A stretch of 64,000 nt of DNA. Source: Diadema antillarum (lineage: Eukaryota). The DNA lies in contig NW_027271282.1 in NCBI RefSeq assembly GCF_040938485.1, positions 496,001 through 560,000 on the forward strand, written 5' to 3'. Each line of letters starts with the position of its first letter. Position 1 is the stretch's first letter. The translations under genes and the position numbers were made by a program. This document shows positions 38,201 to 51,500 of this stretch, piece by piece. The notes under the pieces are model-generated. The model had not been told where the DNA came from. It saw nothing but the letters and a program-made list of their open reading frames with translations, and did not search any database.

Positions 38201-41200
38201 TACCAGCAGGTACCAGGCTTCCCTCGGGGCATTCTGGGGATACGATGGTCTGCAGACCGGCCGATTCAGAGAGCTTCGTGCATTGTACTCCTGTTCGGGG
38301 AAAAAAATCCTAGTGTCGGACATGAATTGCATCACATCTTTTAATTTGATTAAAGCAGGGACCCCAGAACCGGGGAAGGGAGGAAGGGCGGTGATGTCCC
38401 CTCCCCCCCCCCCCCCATTTGTTTGTTTTTTTGTGTGTGTTTTTTTGTTTTTTGTTTTTTTTGGGGGGGGGTCTTTACCTTTAACAATAAAAAAAGAAAA
38501 GAAAAAGGAACAACACGACTTCTGGTGGGTTTCAAACCCTCCGCGAGTATCCCCATCCCCCTCCACACACGTACACAGGCACACAAACAAAAGGGACAAA
38601 AGAAGAAAAATAAAGTTCCGCGGCCCCTAAAAAAAGGAATGTGATATGAACTCGTGGTGATTGTTTATAAATGTGTTTATATAAGACTGGAAAGAGATAC
38701 TCGCTAGGATAAACTGTAAACGTGAGAATTTAAAAAAAAAAGAAAGATTGATTGGGAACGTATCATGAAATAACAGTCTAACCTATCGCTGACTCATATC
38801 TTTTGCATCCGACTACGTTTGGTTAACTTGCACTCAATAGATAACCCAACCTAGTAAAGCTAGTATCATGATCTCCGCGTGTGCCTTTTCTTGAGTTCTT
38901 TTAATAATGAAAACCGACTACGACGTGAAAAAAAAAAAAGAATGGTCGTACGTGCGCATGACGGAATGCCTTGCGCCCACGTTGCTGTTGTTTCTCCTGG
39001 CTCCGCAGTGCATGTCAGCTCGCTGTTCCCAATGAGTTCATAACCCGGCTCACAGCCCAGACGACACACAGACCCGTATGACCTCGAGCACGGTGCCATG
39101 ACAACCAGAGCATCTTGTAGACTAACGCTGGGACATTGTAGAGCTAATGAGGGCATGGAATAAGAAGGAAAAATTCAAAACATGATTGCCACCCCGAATT
39201 AGCATCAGAATGTTCCACGTTGATTTTGATTGCGTTCAGTGAATGGAAATATATCTCAAAAAATTGATAAGAAAATGATTTTGGAGAAAAATGAGATATT
39301 GTATTGCTTTCAGTGGATTACATGTATCTAGCCTACGCAGCTTTTCCTTCTACGATGTTATGTGAAAAATATATCATTTAAGTTCTCAAAAGGGACCTTG
39401 CAACTTTGTGCACTCACAAGTTTCTATCTACAGCTGTGATTCATTCATCATTGATCTGAGAGATTTGAGAACGCTATCACAATCAACATGCAAATATGCA
39501 CGAGGAAAAGATCTCTGAGAAAATTCAAATGACGTTATCTCTAGTAAAAACGAAAACGACTTTTCCTTGAAATGATTATAATCTGTTCAAAACCAGATTA
39601 ATATGGGAGACGCGAAAAACTGGAAATCTTGACAATTATTTCATTAACCTTTGCAAATCGTCGGAGGACATGACACCAATACTAAACGGATACTTTCAAT
39701 AAATGTCTATAATCCTTAATTACCGACTTCCCCATGTCTGACTACAAAAAATCAGGACGGATGTTATGTCACATGACATATCAATGAAAGTAATTACAAG
39801 CTGAGAAAAATATTGCTATAACGTATTTATTTCTTTGCTATTCTCCTCCAACACACGAACAAAATGTTTAAGACTCAAAGTTTAATAATATTCTTCTTCT
39901 TCTTAAGCTTCATGTCCCCATTATTAAGCTTTCAGCTTTCAGTTCTGAGGGACGTAAAGAAGACGAGTGATCAACCAATCAGCTCTTTCATGGCGCCCCC
40001 ACAACCCTCTTTGGGCCGATGCTATTTTATAGCTTTTATCAGTTTATGCGAATGGGAAGTTCGATTCCAAAATGGAGCTAGACCAACTTTGGAAGGAAAT
40101 GAGCACAAAACAGTATAGAGTTCTTCTTTTGTACTCGAACCTATACATCAGCATTTTTTTGTCTACAATTGACATTATTCTACATTTTGGTTATTTTTTG
40201 ACTCGTCAGCTGACGCTAATAACTTTCATTTTCATCTTATAATGGAAATAATTACACTTATTTTAAAGTTAGTTATTCAAATCATACACAGTTAGAGGAG
40301 GAAAAAGCTTCAGCGAGGTGGGAACGTACTGACACAGGACGGTGATGTCCCGCCCCAATACCCGTCCTGACTTCCAGATCGTCTCTTGCACTGCCGATTT
40401 ACCGATCCCCCGGCAAAAGTGTAGCCTCTGGAACATTGGTAGGTACACCGCGAACTGATGTATCGCCCGTTTGTACAGGACACAGCACCATTGTTGGGAG
40501 AGGACAGCCGTGGACATATTGCAACTGAAGAAAGTTACATGCACACACATATTATCTATTAATAAAGACGACACAGAGGTGGTGTAATCACGATGTAAAA
40601 AAAAATAAAAGTCATGTCATGCTGATTACGAATAGCATGTGTACAACAAAAAAAAACATAAAAACGTCGCTTTTATAATGAAAATGTAAAATGATTGCAA
40701 TTGAATTTAAAACGTTGTTAACACTTGATAATATTATCAGAAATATAGAGAGCTAGATCATCACATGGAAACTCGTAAATATTGAACAGACGTTTAAGTA
40801 ATTCAAATTAATTTCTGTGTCCACTAATAAAATGTACAAGGTTTTAAGAGCATCACAGATTATATTAATCTATATACAACAGAAGTTTTTTGCTGTAACG
40901 CCGGTACTTAACAGGCATCGCATTTCATTTACAACATGTTATGAGTATCTCTATGTATAAACAGAGTTCTGAATAAAAATTTAATCTCTTCTAAAGTATA
41001 GTCCAAAAAAATTCATGGTATCTACTATGTGTGGAATATCAACACTTTACATGCCTATTTAGCTTCTTTTGTAGAGTGTAAATTTTTCCCTGAGCAATCA
41101 AGTCTATCGCTTTATAACAAGGGCAAATGATGGGTGATATGATTTGTCCCCCCCCCCCTTTTTTTGTGTTCTCTTTTGTTTTGTATGCGTGTATGTGAAT

Positions 41201-43211
41201 GGTGTTTTTTGTGGGGGGGGGGGGAAATCAAGAAATATAGAGCACTATTCAAGTGTAGCCTATGTTTTGAATAATGATCCAGATTGCATGAAAGCACCAG
41301 AAAAGATTGCTCGGTATGATAACATGTAATTATTGTTATTGTTATCATTTTGATAAATAAATAACATGGAGTTCATTAAATTACCCTTTGTAAAAAACAA
41401 ATAAAGAGACCTTGACCTGTTGACAAATCCAACAAAGCCCTTCCAATAGAGGAAGTGTGTTTATATTCAATAACCCCTTATAGGCCTACATTTCTATTCT
41501 AATCAAAACTGGCTTTGAAAACAGTGGTGTTATACGATACGAATTACGATACTTCAAAGGCTGTTATAGTTAACATAATAGCGTTATTTGTCTTTGCACA
41601 GAAACCGAAATGAACAGACATCCCACAAATGCTTGCAATTGACACAAAATGAGACCAGACGATGAGTGGGAGGCATCAAAATAATAACCATTGGAGTCAG
41701 ATGGTATTCTTCAGGTACTTAGTAATCTCATAAACTCTTCCTAAATGATTTGAATCTATTTATTGAAGTATTGCCATGAGGTCAGACAAAACGTTTTCAT
41801 CAAAACTCAGGTGATAGCTAAACAAACTATAGATTCCAAGTATAAATATTCTATCTTTTGCAAACACCAGTGCTCTCAGCGACGTTATGTGAATCAGATG
41901 CACTATTCTGTAATCATTCTTCAACGTTTCTAAATAGTATCGAAAGGTCGCGCCATTTCTTGGGAATTATTCCGTTTCATCCATCATTATGTATATCTCC
42001 ATACACCGGTGTACACACACCACTGATTTCTATAGGGAAAGACATCATTGACACACAGTACACCCATAAAACTAACACATACACATACATACACACAAAC
42101 GCAAACGGAAATAGCTTGTACTTCCGAACAAAGCATATTTATTGCTCTATGTTGCATATAAAAAGAAACATGTTTTTTTCTACAGTACTCAGGTTTCTAT
42201 GGTACATTGTAATGTGTTTGCCTCTTTTACTACACGTACGTTAAATATTTCATCTTATTTTCAATTTGATGACACGTGACACTCTGTATGATGACTCGTC
42301 ATATTTCTACGATAATCCTTGTATCTTTGTATCAAACATTCATTACAGACGCTTTTGAACAGTGATAGTCAAATGCACTACATAATTTTACATGCTGGTG
42401 ACCGTCATTTGCTATTCAATCCTCTGTGTACCACTTTAATAACCTGTCCATCGTGGCATAGGTGTGTGAAATTTGTGTACGTTTTATTTCAACTAACTTG
42501 CACCGAAAGGGATTTATTGCACAGAATTGGCAGCCCTGTTAATTGTGTCACAATCTACTTTTCCGTATCTGCTCTCTTATCGGTTTTATATTCTATTTCG
42601 TTTCTTAGTGTCATGCTGATTCGAAACTGTTTTAGGACTCTCTGTAGAGAGCCGTTGTCTGAAACGAATAGATGATGATAATGATGATAAAAGTGATAGT
42701 AAAGGTAATAGCAATGATAGTCATAATGATAATGATAACAGTAACAATAATGATGATGATATAATAGTAATAATAATAATGATGATAATAATGATAATAA
42801 TAATGATAATAATATTAACAATAATAACAACAATGATATGAAGTGAAGACGTAATACTGGCCCAACTAAGTCTTCGCGGTTATGTATATATAGTACTACA
42901 GCTTATGGGAGTACAAGAAAAACAATGAATCTTATGTGGCAGTTCATTATCGTCTTACGTGCAACACTGAAGGTAACTTGACAATCTGCAGTGTTTCCCG
43001 CTGGGTCCGAAGCCTGGTAGGTGATCACGTGGTAACCGACTTGAAACGACGATCCAGAAGCTTTTCTAGATATTCGTCTGAAAAAAAAAAGAATGAAAAC
43101 AACAGTGCTGTTCAACTATGGCAAATTTGAATTGAATTGAATATGGAAAAATATGTAGGGTCTATATACATGCAATAATGATTATATACATACATAATTA
43201 TTATATATATA

Positions 43212-43264
<53 letters not shown>

Positions 43265-43975
43265 TATAGATATATACATATATACATATAATAGTAGACG
43301 GCGAGTTGTAATGTTCGTAAAAATTTTCTGTAGATTTGGAATTTTTGAGCTATTTCCCCTATTTTGGGGGTGCTGAACACGAATCCACTTGTTGCCACCT
43401 ATGGCAACTTTTCTATAATGTCTTCAGCCGTTGCCATGGCATTTTTTTATTTTTCTTTAAAAGAACATGTGTTCTTCATTAAACATCATAAAAACATGTT
43501 GGTAAGGCCAAAATATGTCAATATATACAATGTATATTTCTCTTCAATTAACTAAAAGCTATCCCTTTTTTCAATTACATTGTTACCTCATAGCAATGAC
43601 AGTTGCCATGGTAACAATTTCTAAAAAGAAAATACTAATATTTTAATCAAAAATTGAAAAAATGATGAGATTGAGAAGCATATTCATTACAAATTACTAT
43701 CAGCTTTTAATTTCACAACGTTCATTCCACATCATTTCTGTTGCTATTGCAACAACATGAGAAAAAAAAATCAAGGATTAAAGTTCTATAGCAATCTGTT
43801 GGAAATTGCTATAGGGGAGATATCACAGTCATTTGAGGTTTCCAAATGTCTTGGAGACATTAATGCTGAAAAAGAGTACATCATGACGAAAAAAATTGAA
43901 CTTTTGGGGAGGTTTTTACACATTTGTATTGCTTGTTATTTGTATTTTATATTCCCTAGGTATTTCTATGGTTGA

Positions 43976-44055
<80 letters not shown>

Positions 44056-45505
44056 CTTTGTTGTTACGATAGGAACAGAAATGATGTTCCATGAAAAGAA
44101 TTATGTATGGCTAATAGTCTTGCTCATTTGTAGTACTTCCAAATTTAGGCCATAATTTTAACATTAATTCTTGAAGATTTTTTTTTTCTAAAAAAGGATG
44201 CATTTCTATGGCAACCATGTTAAATATGAACCATTATTACGGATATTCAAGGTTTTGAAGGTGCAATGTGATCAGAAATTCATGAAGGTGACTAAACATT
44301 TTGTGTTTTTACTTGTTTGTCTTTTGTTTAGTATATTCTTTCCTTCCTTATCTAATGATTAACTTTTTTTCTTTAAAAAGCAGTTTTTCTCATGTTATTG
44401 ATATAGCATCAAAGATGATGTGGGATAAATATAGTGAAAAAAGAACTGATAGGAATTTCTTGTAAATATGTTACTCAATCTTGTCATTTTTCATGTTTTT
44501 TCATGAAAATATTATTTTCTGTAATAAATTGTTCTTACCATGGCAACTGTCATTGCTATGAGGTAACTATGAAAATTGAAAAATTGTGATGTTTTACTAA
44601 ATTGAAGAGGCAATCTTTTCATGTTTTCATGCTTTTTGATAAAACAAAAATCATTATTTTCTTTTAAAAATAGCTGTTACCACGGCAACCCTCATCACTA
44701 TGTTTTTATAATGTTTAATGAAGAATACATGTTCTTTTAAAGAAAATAATTTGTTGCCATGGCAACGGCTAAAGATGTCAAATAGAAATATGGCAACAGG
44801 TGGATTCATGTACGGCACTCCCAAAATAAGGGAAAGCGCACAAAAAATCTAACTCTACAGAAATGTATTATCCACCGATTTATATCATTCTTGTTTTCCC
44901 TTTAATTGAAATACCTGTTTTTTCTTTAAAAGGCAGCTTTTGTCATACTGTTGCTATAGCAACGAAAAGGAAGTGAAATGAACATAGTGGAAAAAAGCTG
45001 ATAATCATGATAGTAGATAGTAATCCCATTTCACTCGATCTTGTCATATTTTCTTGCTTTTTCATGAAAATATCACTATTTTCTTGATAAATAGTTGTTA
45101 CCATGGCAACCATGAGGTAACCATGGCATTATAAGAATTGAAATTTTTTATTTGATTAAAGAGATGCTTATATTGACTTATTTTTGGTGTTTACTGCATG
45201 TTTTTATGATGAAGAATACACGTTTTTTAAAAGAAAATAATTCGTTGCCATGGCAACGGGTGAAGACGTCGGTTAGAAAAATGGCAACAAGTGGTTTCGT
45301 GTTCAGCACCCCCAAAACAGGGGAAATAGCACAAAAAATCAGAATCTACAGTCTACTATAAGTGCGAAAAGTTTGTGAAGGATTCAGGAAAAAGTGCTCT
45401 ATGCTAATATATAGCAGAGCGTTATAAGTCCGCCTGAAGATCCGTCGTCCAGCGGAAGGACGTGAAACCGTCGGTAGAGGTCTCCGTGCGCCCAAGGTAA
45501 ATGAC

Positions 45506-45542
<37 letters not shown>

Positions 45543-48500
45543 AGGTATATATCCGTCCGAACTTATATCAAAATGTAGACATCGGCACTTTCTCAAAAGT
45601 TGCGGGGGGAGGGGACTTCCACGTTTCATGAGCTGACAAGCACAAAAAGGCCTTCAGCGCAAAAGAGAAAGGTGTGTCCTAGCTAACGTTCGGAATTAAG
45701 AACCTTTGCTTTTTTCATTTTTGGATTAACGAATCTTTGAAACAAACCTTCGGAATAACGATTATGTCATCATACTTGCCTCACAGTAGGTGTCCCTGTG
45801 TTGTCCTCAGCCGTAGGGTCCGTCCATCTTACGACCAGTGGAACAGACGATGCATACCTTGTTCCCAGATTTCTGGGACAGGGCGTTGAGAATGTCGGTG
45901 GATTTACGTCTGTACATTTTTTTAAAGATTATCAATATGAGATATGCATAACGTAAATCTATGAATACAAAGAGATATTCATACATAATAATTGATAGTA
46001 ATCAGACAAATATCCAACTTGTTATGTATGCCGATTCAAACTTACTAAAACATTACTTTAGTTGTTGTTTTTGCGTCAGTACGTATGATTAGAATTATAA
46101 AGTTTCCACCGTTTACATGGAATAAATTATTTTTGTCCTTGATTGCTTAAAAGATGATGGTTGCTATCTGACCCTTTGCTAAAGGGACTTTACCATTCTA
46201 ATTCACTTGTTATTTTTTACGTTATCAAGCGGTTACAATAAAGACGCCTCGCCTGTATAAGTATAGGTACGTCTTAAAGTTTTGAACCATTAAAGACACA
46301 ACGAAAAAGCTGTGCTTGTATTTTGTGGACACCTCAAGTAACGAATGCGAAAAAAATAGACTTTCTTAATTGTTCAATTTAAATTCAATGTAATTCAAAA
46401 CAATGCGGACATTACCTGACAGACATGTAGGACAGGAAAAAATGTCTGTGATATTGTATATCCGACAACGAATAAAGAGACATTAAAGTTTCAATTTGAA
46501 TCATTCTATTTTTATCTATCCTTGATTTTAATCAGATGGGTTAACAGAGCTATCTATTCACATTAAATTTGTATTTTCCAGCAATAACTCGTCTTAGCAA
46601 CAATAGTAATGACGACATAATGACATTAAGATTATTATCATTGTGATTATCATTCCTATTATGATTAATATGGTGTGTTTATTCATCCAGAATAGCCTGG
46701 TATTAGTGTAAAGACTGTTCTTCCAATTGGCCCTGCAAATATTGTTCCTCCGGCACTGTCATGTACCATTTTTACACCTAGCCTATGGGTCGAAAGGGAC
46801 ACCTTGATTACAAATATCTAGTACAAAGACGTGAGAACTTGGTATAGGACTCGAACTCAGAACTTCCATTTGAAAGGGATGGTGCAGCATTGGTGGATAT
46901 GAGAATTGGGCTTTTGACTTTGTACGAGATACCAGGAAAACACTTATGAATTAGTACAGAGCATACCATAATTATTTTTAAAGAGGAATCCAAAGTTTAT
47001 TTGATGAAAATCGGGTTTGGAATGACTGAAAATTCCAAAATCAAAGTAAAACAAAGAGATCATAATAAAAGGTGCGTCCCACACTTTATCAAAATCACTC
47101 TGTTTTGGATAACTCAGCCATTTCAAAACCAGTTTTCATCAAATAAACATTGAATTTCTCATGGAATTACATGTTCTTTCATATTTCATAAGAGGTTTCT
47201 CATTATCTCACACACACACAAAAAATGAACAAAACATGAAATTAGGTCTCAACCAAAACCACATGATCCCTTTAAAGTCAAGAGTCTTAATAATCCACAG
47301 TTGTACTCTCACAATAAAGTGGATATCTAACCTGTCCCAGTGACCAGACTCACCCTCGCAGGAGACGGCGGTACCAGAGTTTGACCACGAACCCGTGTGT
47401 AGGCACGTCGAAACCGAGCTGTCGGCTCGTAAGGTGTAGCCAGCGTTGCAGGAAAATGTGCACGTGCTGTCGAAGAAAGCCCCGTCCGTACAAGTCATGG
47501 AGCCGTGGGTCGGTGCTGACAGCGAGCTGCACCGGAGCCCTATGAGATGGGAGTAGAATATATTTTTGAGCACTTCAAGATGATAATTGCCAGAGACATG
47601 TAATGAAATTATTGTCAGTATTGAAGTAGAATATAATTATGGTATACCCTCGGGTTGGTACCAGACATTGAGGATATGATATCACTTTATGTACTAATTA
47701 AACGGGTATTTTCAATAATTGTCCTTAATTGCTAACTTCGGCTTGTCTGACTACAAAAACATTATGACCGAATCGGATGTTCTATCTAATGAAATACAAC
47801 TGATATAAAAATGGCGAATTATAAGCAGACAGGAACATTGTTACAAGGCTTTTATTTCTTTCCTATTCTCCTCCTGAATTTGAACAAATGTTAAAGACTT
47901 GTGTGGTATTCACCTATACTGAGGGAAATTTCCAAAAAACAAACAAACATATACGCACACTTTCGTCCCATAGTGAAAATAATCAGCATGAATATGCCCA
48001 CCAGAAATGTTTTTCTCCTATACTGATTTATGTTCACTTTGTAAATTGAAAAGATTAATCAAGATTAACGTGATAGGACTTGATTGGAAGAGTTTCCTTG
48101 CGCTCAGTGTATCTTTGTCCTTTTCTCGTCTTTTTCGCAATTATTCATGTCAACAAAAGGACACCAGACATGTAATTCTCGATTAGAATAGAAGTTCTGA
48201 TTGTTCCAATATCGAATACATCCGACGTTGGCCCGTACAAATACAGTAAAGAAGAATTCTAAGAAATGAAAACGCGGAATGTTTCTTTGAGAAGCGATCA
48301 ACCTATCAACTATTTCATGGCACACTCTGCTCACAACCCGTTTTGGACCGATGCTATTTTACAACTTTAAAGCAAATGGAAAGCTTGATTCCAGAATAGA
48401 ACTAGACCATCTTTACAAGGAAAAGAAGAAGAAGAAGAAGAAGAAGAAGAAGAAGAAGAACAACAACAACAACAACAACAGCAACAACAGCAACAAATTT

Positions 48501-51500
48501 TATATAGTTCTTCCTTTGTACTCGAACCTAAATTGACACTATAATACTTGATGATGTTTCTTGTCTTCATTGATATCGGCTACTTTCTGGTTATTATGAC
48601 TCGTCAACTGCTATTGATAACTTTTTCAACCATAATTTTCATCGATAATGGAAATTATCACACTTAATCACACTTAATTTAAATCAAGTTATTCAAGTCA
48701 TACACAGTTAGAAGAGGAAAACTCTTCAGTGAGGTGCGGAGGGGAACGTACTGACACAAGATGGTGACGTCCCGCCCCAATACCCGTCGCTTCTTCCAGA
48801 TCGTCTCTTGCACTGCCGATTTACCGATCCCCCGGAAAAAGTGTAGCCTCTGGAACATTGGTAGGTACACCGCGAACCGATATATCGCCCGTTTGTACAG
48901 GACACAGCACCATTGTTGGGAGAGGACAGCCGTGGACACATTGCAACTGAAGAAAGTTACATTGTACATGCATACACATATCTATTAATAACCAATAAAA
49001 GAAATAACGATGATAAGAGCCTTTCATGCTGATTACGAATAGCAGAATACAAAAATAGAAAAGAAACAACATCGCTATCACAATAAAAATGCTGATAACA
49101 CGTACTATTATGAGAATATAGCTTTGAGAACTAGATTATCACATTGAAAATCGAAAATGTTGAACAGAGGTTAAAGGCATACAAATTAATTTCTGTGTCC
49201 ACTAATAAAATACATAAGGTTTGAAGAGCATTAATAATCGATAACTAGAGAAGTTTTCTGCAGCAACGCCGGTAACAGGCATCGCGTTTCATTTACAACG
49301 TGTTATGGCTTGTTCTATTTGTGACCGTGCACCTCAAAACAAACATAAAGTCGCACACACTGATTTTGTGTGAGGACTGAAAATAAGTGAAATGGGTCAA
49401 CCTAGCCGAACTTGACTTTTTCATATTTTCTGAAAGAGCGGGTCTTCTTTTACATTATGCTAAAATTTGGTATCATAAAACGGGCAGGAAAATGTATTTT
49501 TTTAGCAGTTTATCTCGAACATTTTTGGTAGAATAGTGTGATTAGGTGTGTCTTTAGAATCCCTTTTTCATTTCTGAAAAACCTTGTCCATACTCTTCAC
49601 TTTCAACTCCAATAACTTTTGAAAGGATAGTGCTACTGCTTTGAAAGTTGGCATTAATTATGGACAGAATGTGTTAATGAGGCATGCTTAATTTCAGTTT
49701 AATCTGATAATTCCTTCATTGTTGTTACTCTGGTGGTGTACTTCCTGTTTTTTGTCCCATTCATCGCACAGCCAGCACGGTTTGGTAAAGATGAAGCACT
49801 TGAATAGACACTGTACTTCAGAGCCTCTATTCTCAGTTCACACTTTTCCTGAGTTTGTGCTTTCTTTCCAATATTTAGATAGGTTAGGAGAGTCCATTTG
49901 ATTTGAGTTATACATCATTTTAAAGCTTAAAGTCTGCTCTTTCAGAATATGGTCTTAACTAAAAATTCATGTCTGGCGACTTTTTGTTTGTTTTGAGGTG
50001 CAGAGTCACATTTGGAAAAAGAGTTTTGAATCAAAATCTAGACCTCTTCAAAAGTAGAGTAAAAAGTCTCATGATCTCATCATCAGGTCAGGGTGGGGCA
50101 TCGGTCATATTTAGTAATAGTCTATAGTTATACTTGTGTTTGAATTCAGTGCATTTTTGTGCAATAATGAACTGTATTATTTGAAAATGTTTGTAAGTGT
50201 TTTACTCTGATATAGCTGATACTGGGTGCATGAAGTTTGCCTTTCCTCCCCTGGCAACCAGCGGCATGCACCTGGAATCACTACAATTTTTATATCATGT
50301 AATGTTGTATTCTATGTCCGCTTGTATTATATGTTGAATTGNNNNNNNNNNNNNNNNNNNNNNNNNNNNNNNNNNNNNNNNNNNNNNNNNNNNNNNNNNN
50401 NNNNNNNNNNNNNNNNNNNNNNNNNNNNNNNNNNNNNNNNNNNNNNNNNNNNNNNNNNNNNNNNNNNNNNNNNNNNNNNNATATATGTTGAGGCAGTGGG
50501 CAGGTCCTTCTGGTCCTGTACGGGTAGTGAGACGTCCCCGCCCTCCACGAGTCTCCCGCTGCCTTGCGGGCAGTTTTTTGGTTAATCAAAGGCTAGGGAG
50601 TAAACCTTATCCAAATCCGGAGCGGAGCCCCTAAGGCGGTTAGGTGTTGCAGCTTCATCATCTCTCCGGCAGCTCCTGCAGTCCAGTTGTGGCTAGGATG
50701 TGTCGCCCTGCGTCCCTCCTGGCTAGATCAGCTGGACCGAGAGGGGGGTCCTGGGCTTGGGCAACCCAAGGCCTCCACAGTTCTTCTCGCCCAGGATTCA
50801 GTGACTCCACCCTCCATCTCTTCTCTTCTTCTCCCAAGTCCTGAGGCGATGGGCGAGGGGCGACGGTAGCAGGTGCAAGATGGCGCTGGGAGCTTCTAGC
50901 CATGGACCTACACTCAGGCGGTCAGGGCAAGGATGGTCGTTCTACAACCTACCGGGGCAAGGGCATAGTTCGGCAGCCACTCTGACGACGGAGCAGCCCT
51001 CTTCAGGGACAGCACTGCTCCCCCCTCATGGGGAAGGGTCTAGAAAAGGTGACCTAAAAAAAGCTTGCCTCATCTCCATCCTGTCAGCATACCGCAGCTG
51101 ACTGGACATCTACCACGCGGTCGAAATACAAGAGAAACACGAAAGACGAACTCAAAATCATCCCGCCGGAAAAGCACCTTATGTGTTGGAGCCTGGAACA
51201 TCAGGACACTCATGGATAACCAAAACTGTGACAGACCAGAACGTCGAACAGCACTTGTAGGTCGAGAACTGCTGAGATACAGCATCGATATTGCTGCCCT
51301 CAGCGAGACACGCCTTGCAGACACTGGGGAGATCACCGAGGCTGGAGCTGGATACACTTTCTTCTGGTCGGGAAAGGCACTAAATGAACGCAGGGAGGCA
51401 GGAGTTGGTTTTGCCATTCGCACCACCCTCGTCAAGAACCTGGGGTCCCTCCCAAGGGGTATCAGCGACCGCCTGATGGTGATGAGAATCCCTCTCCATG

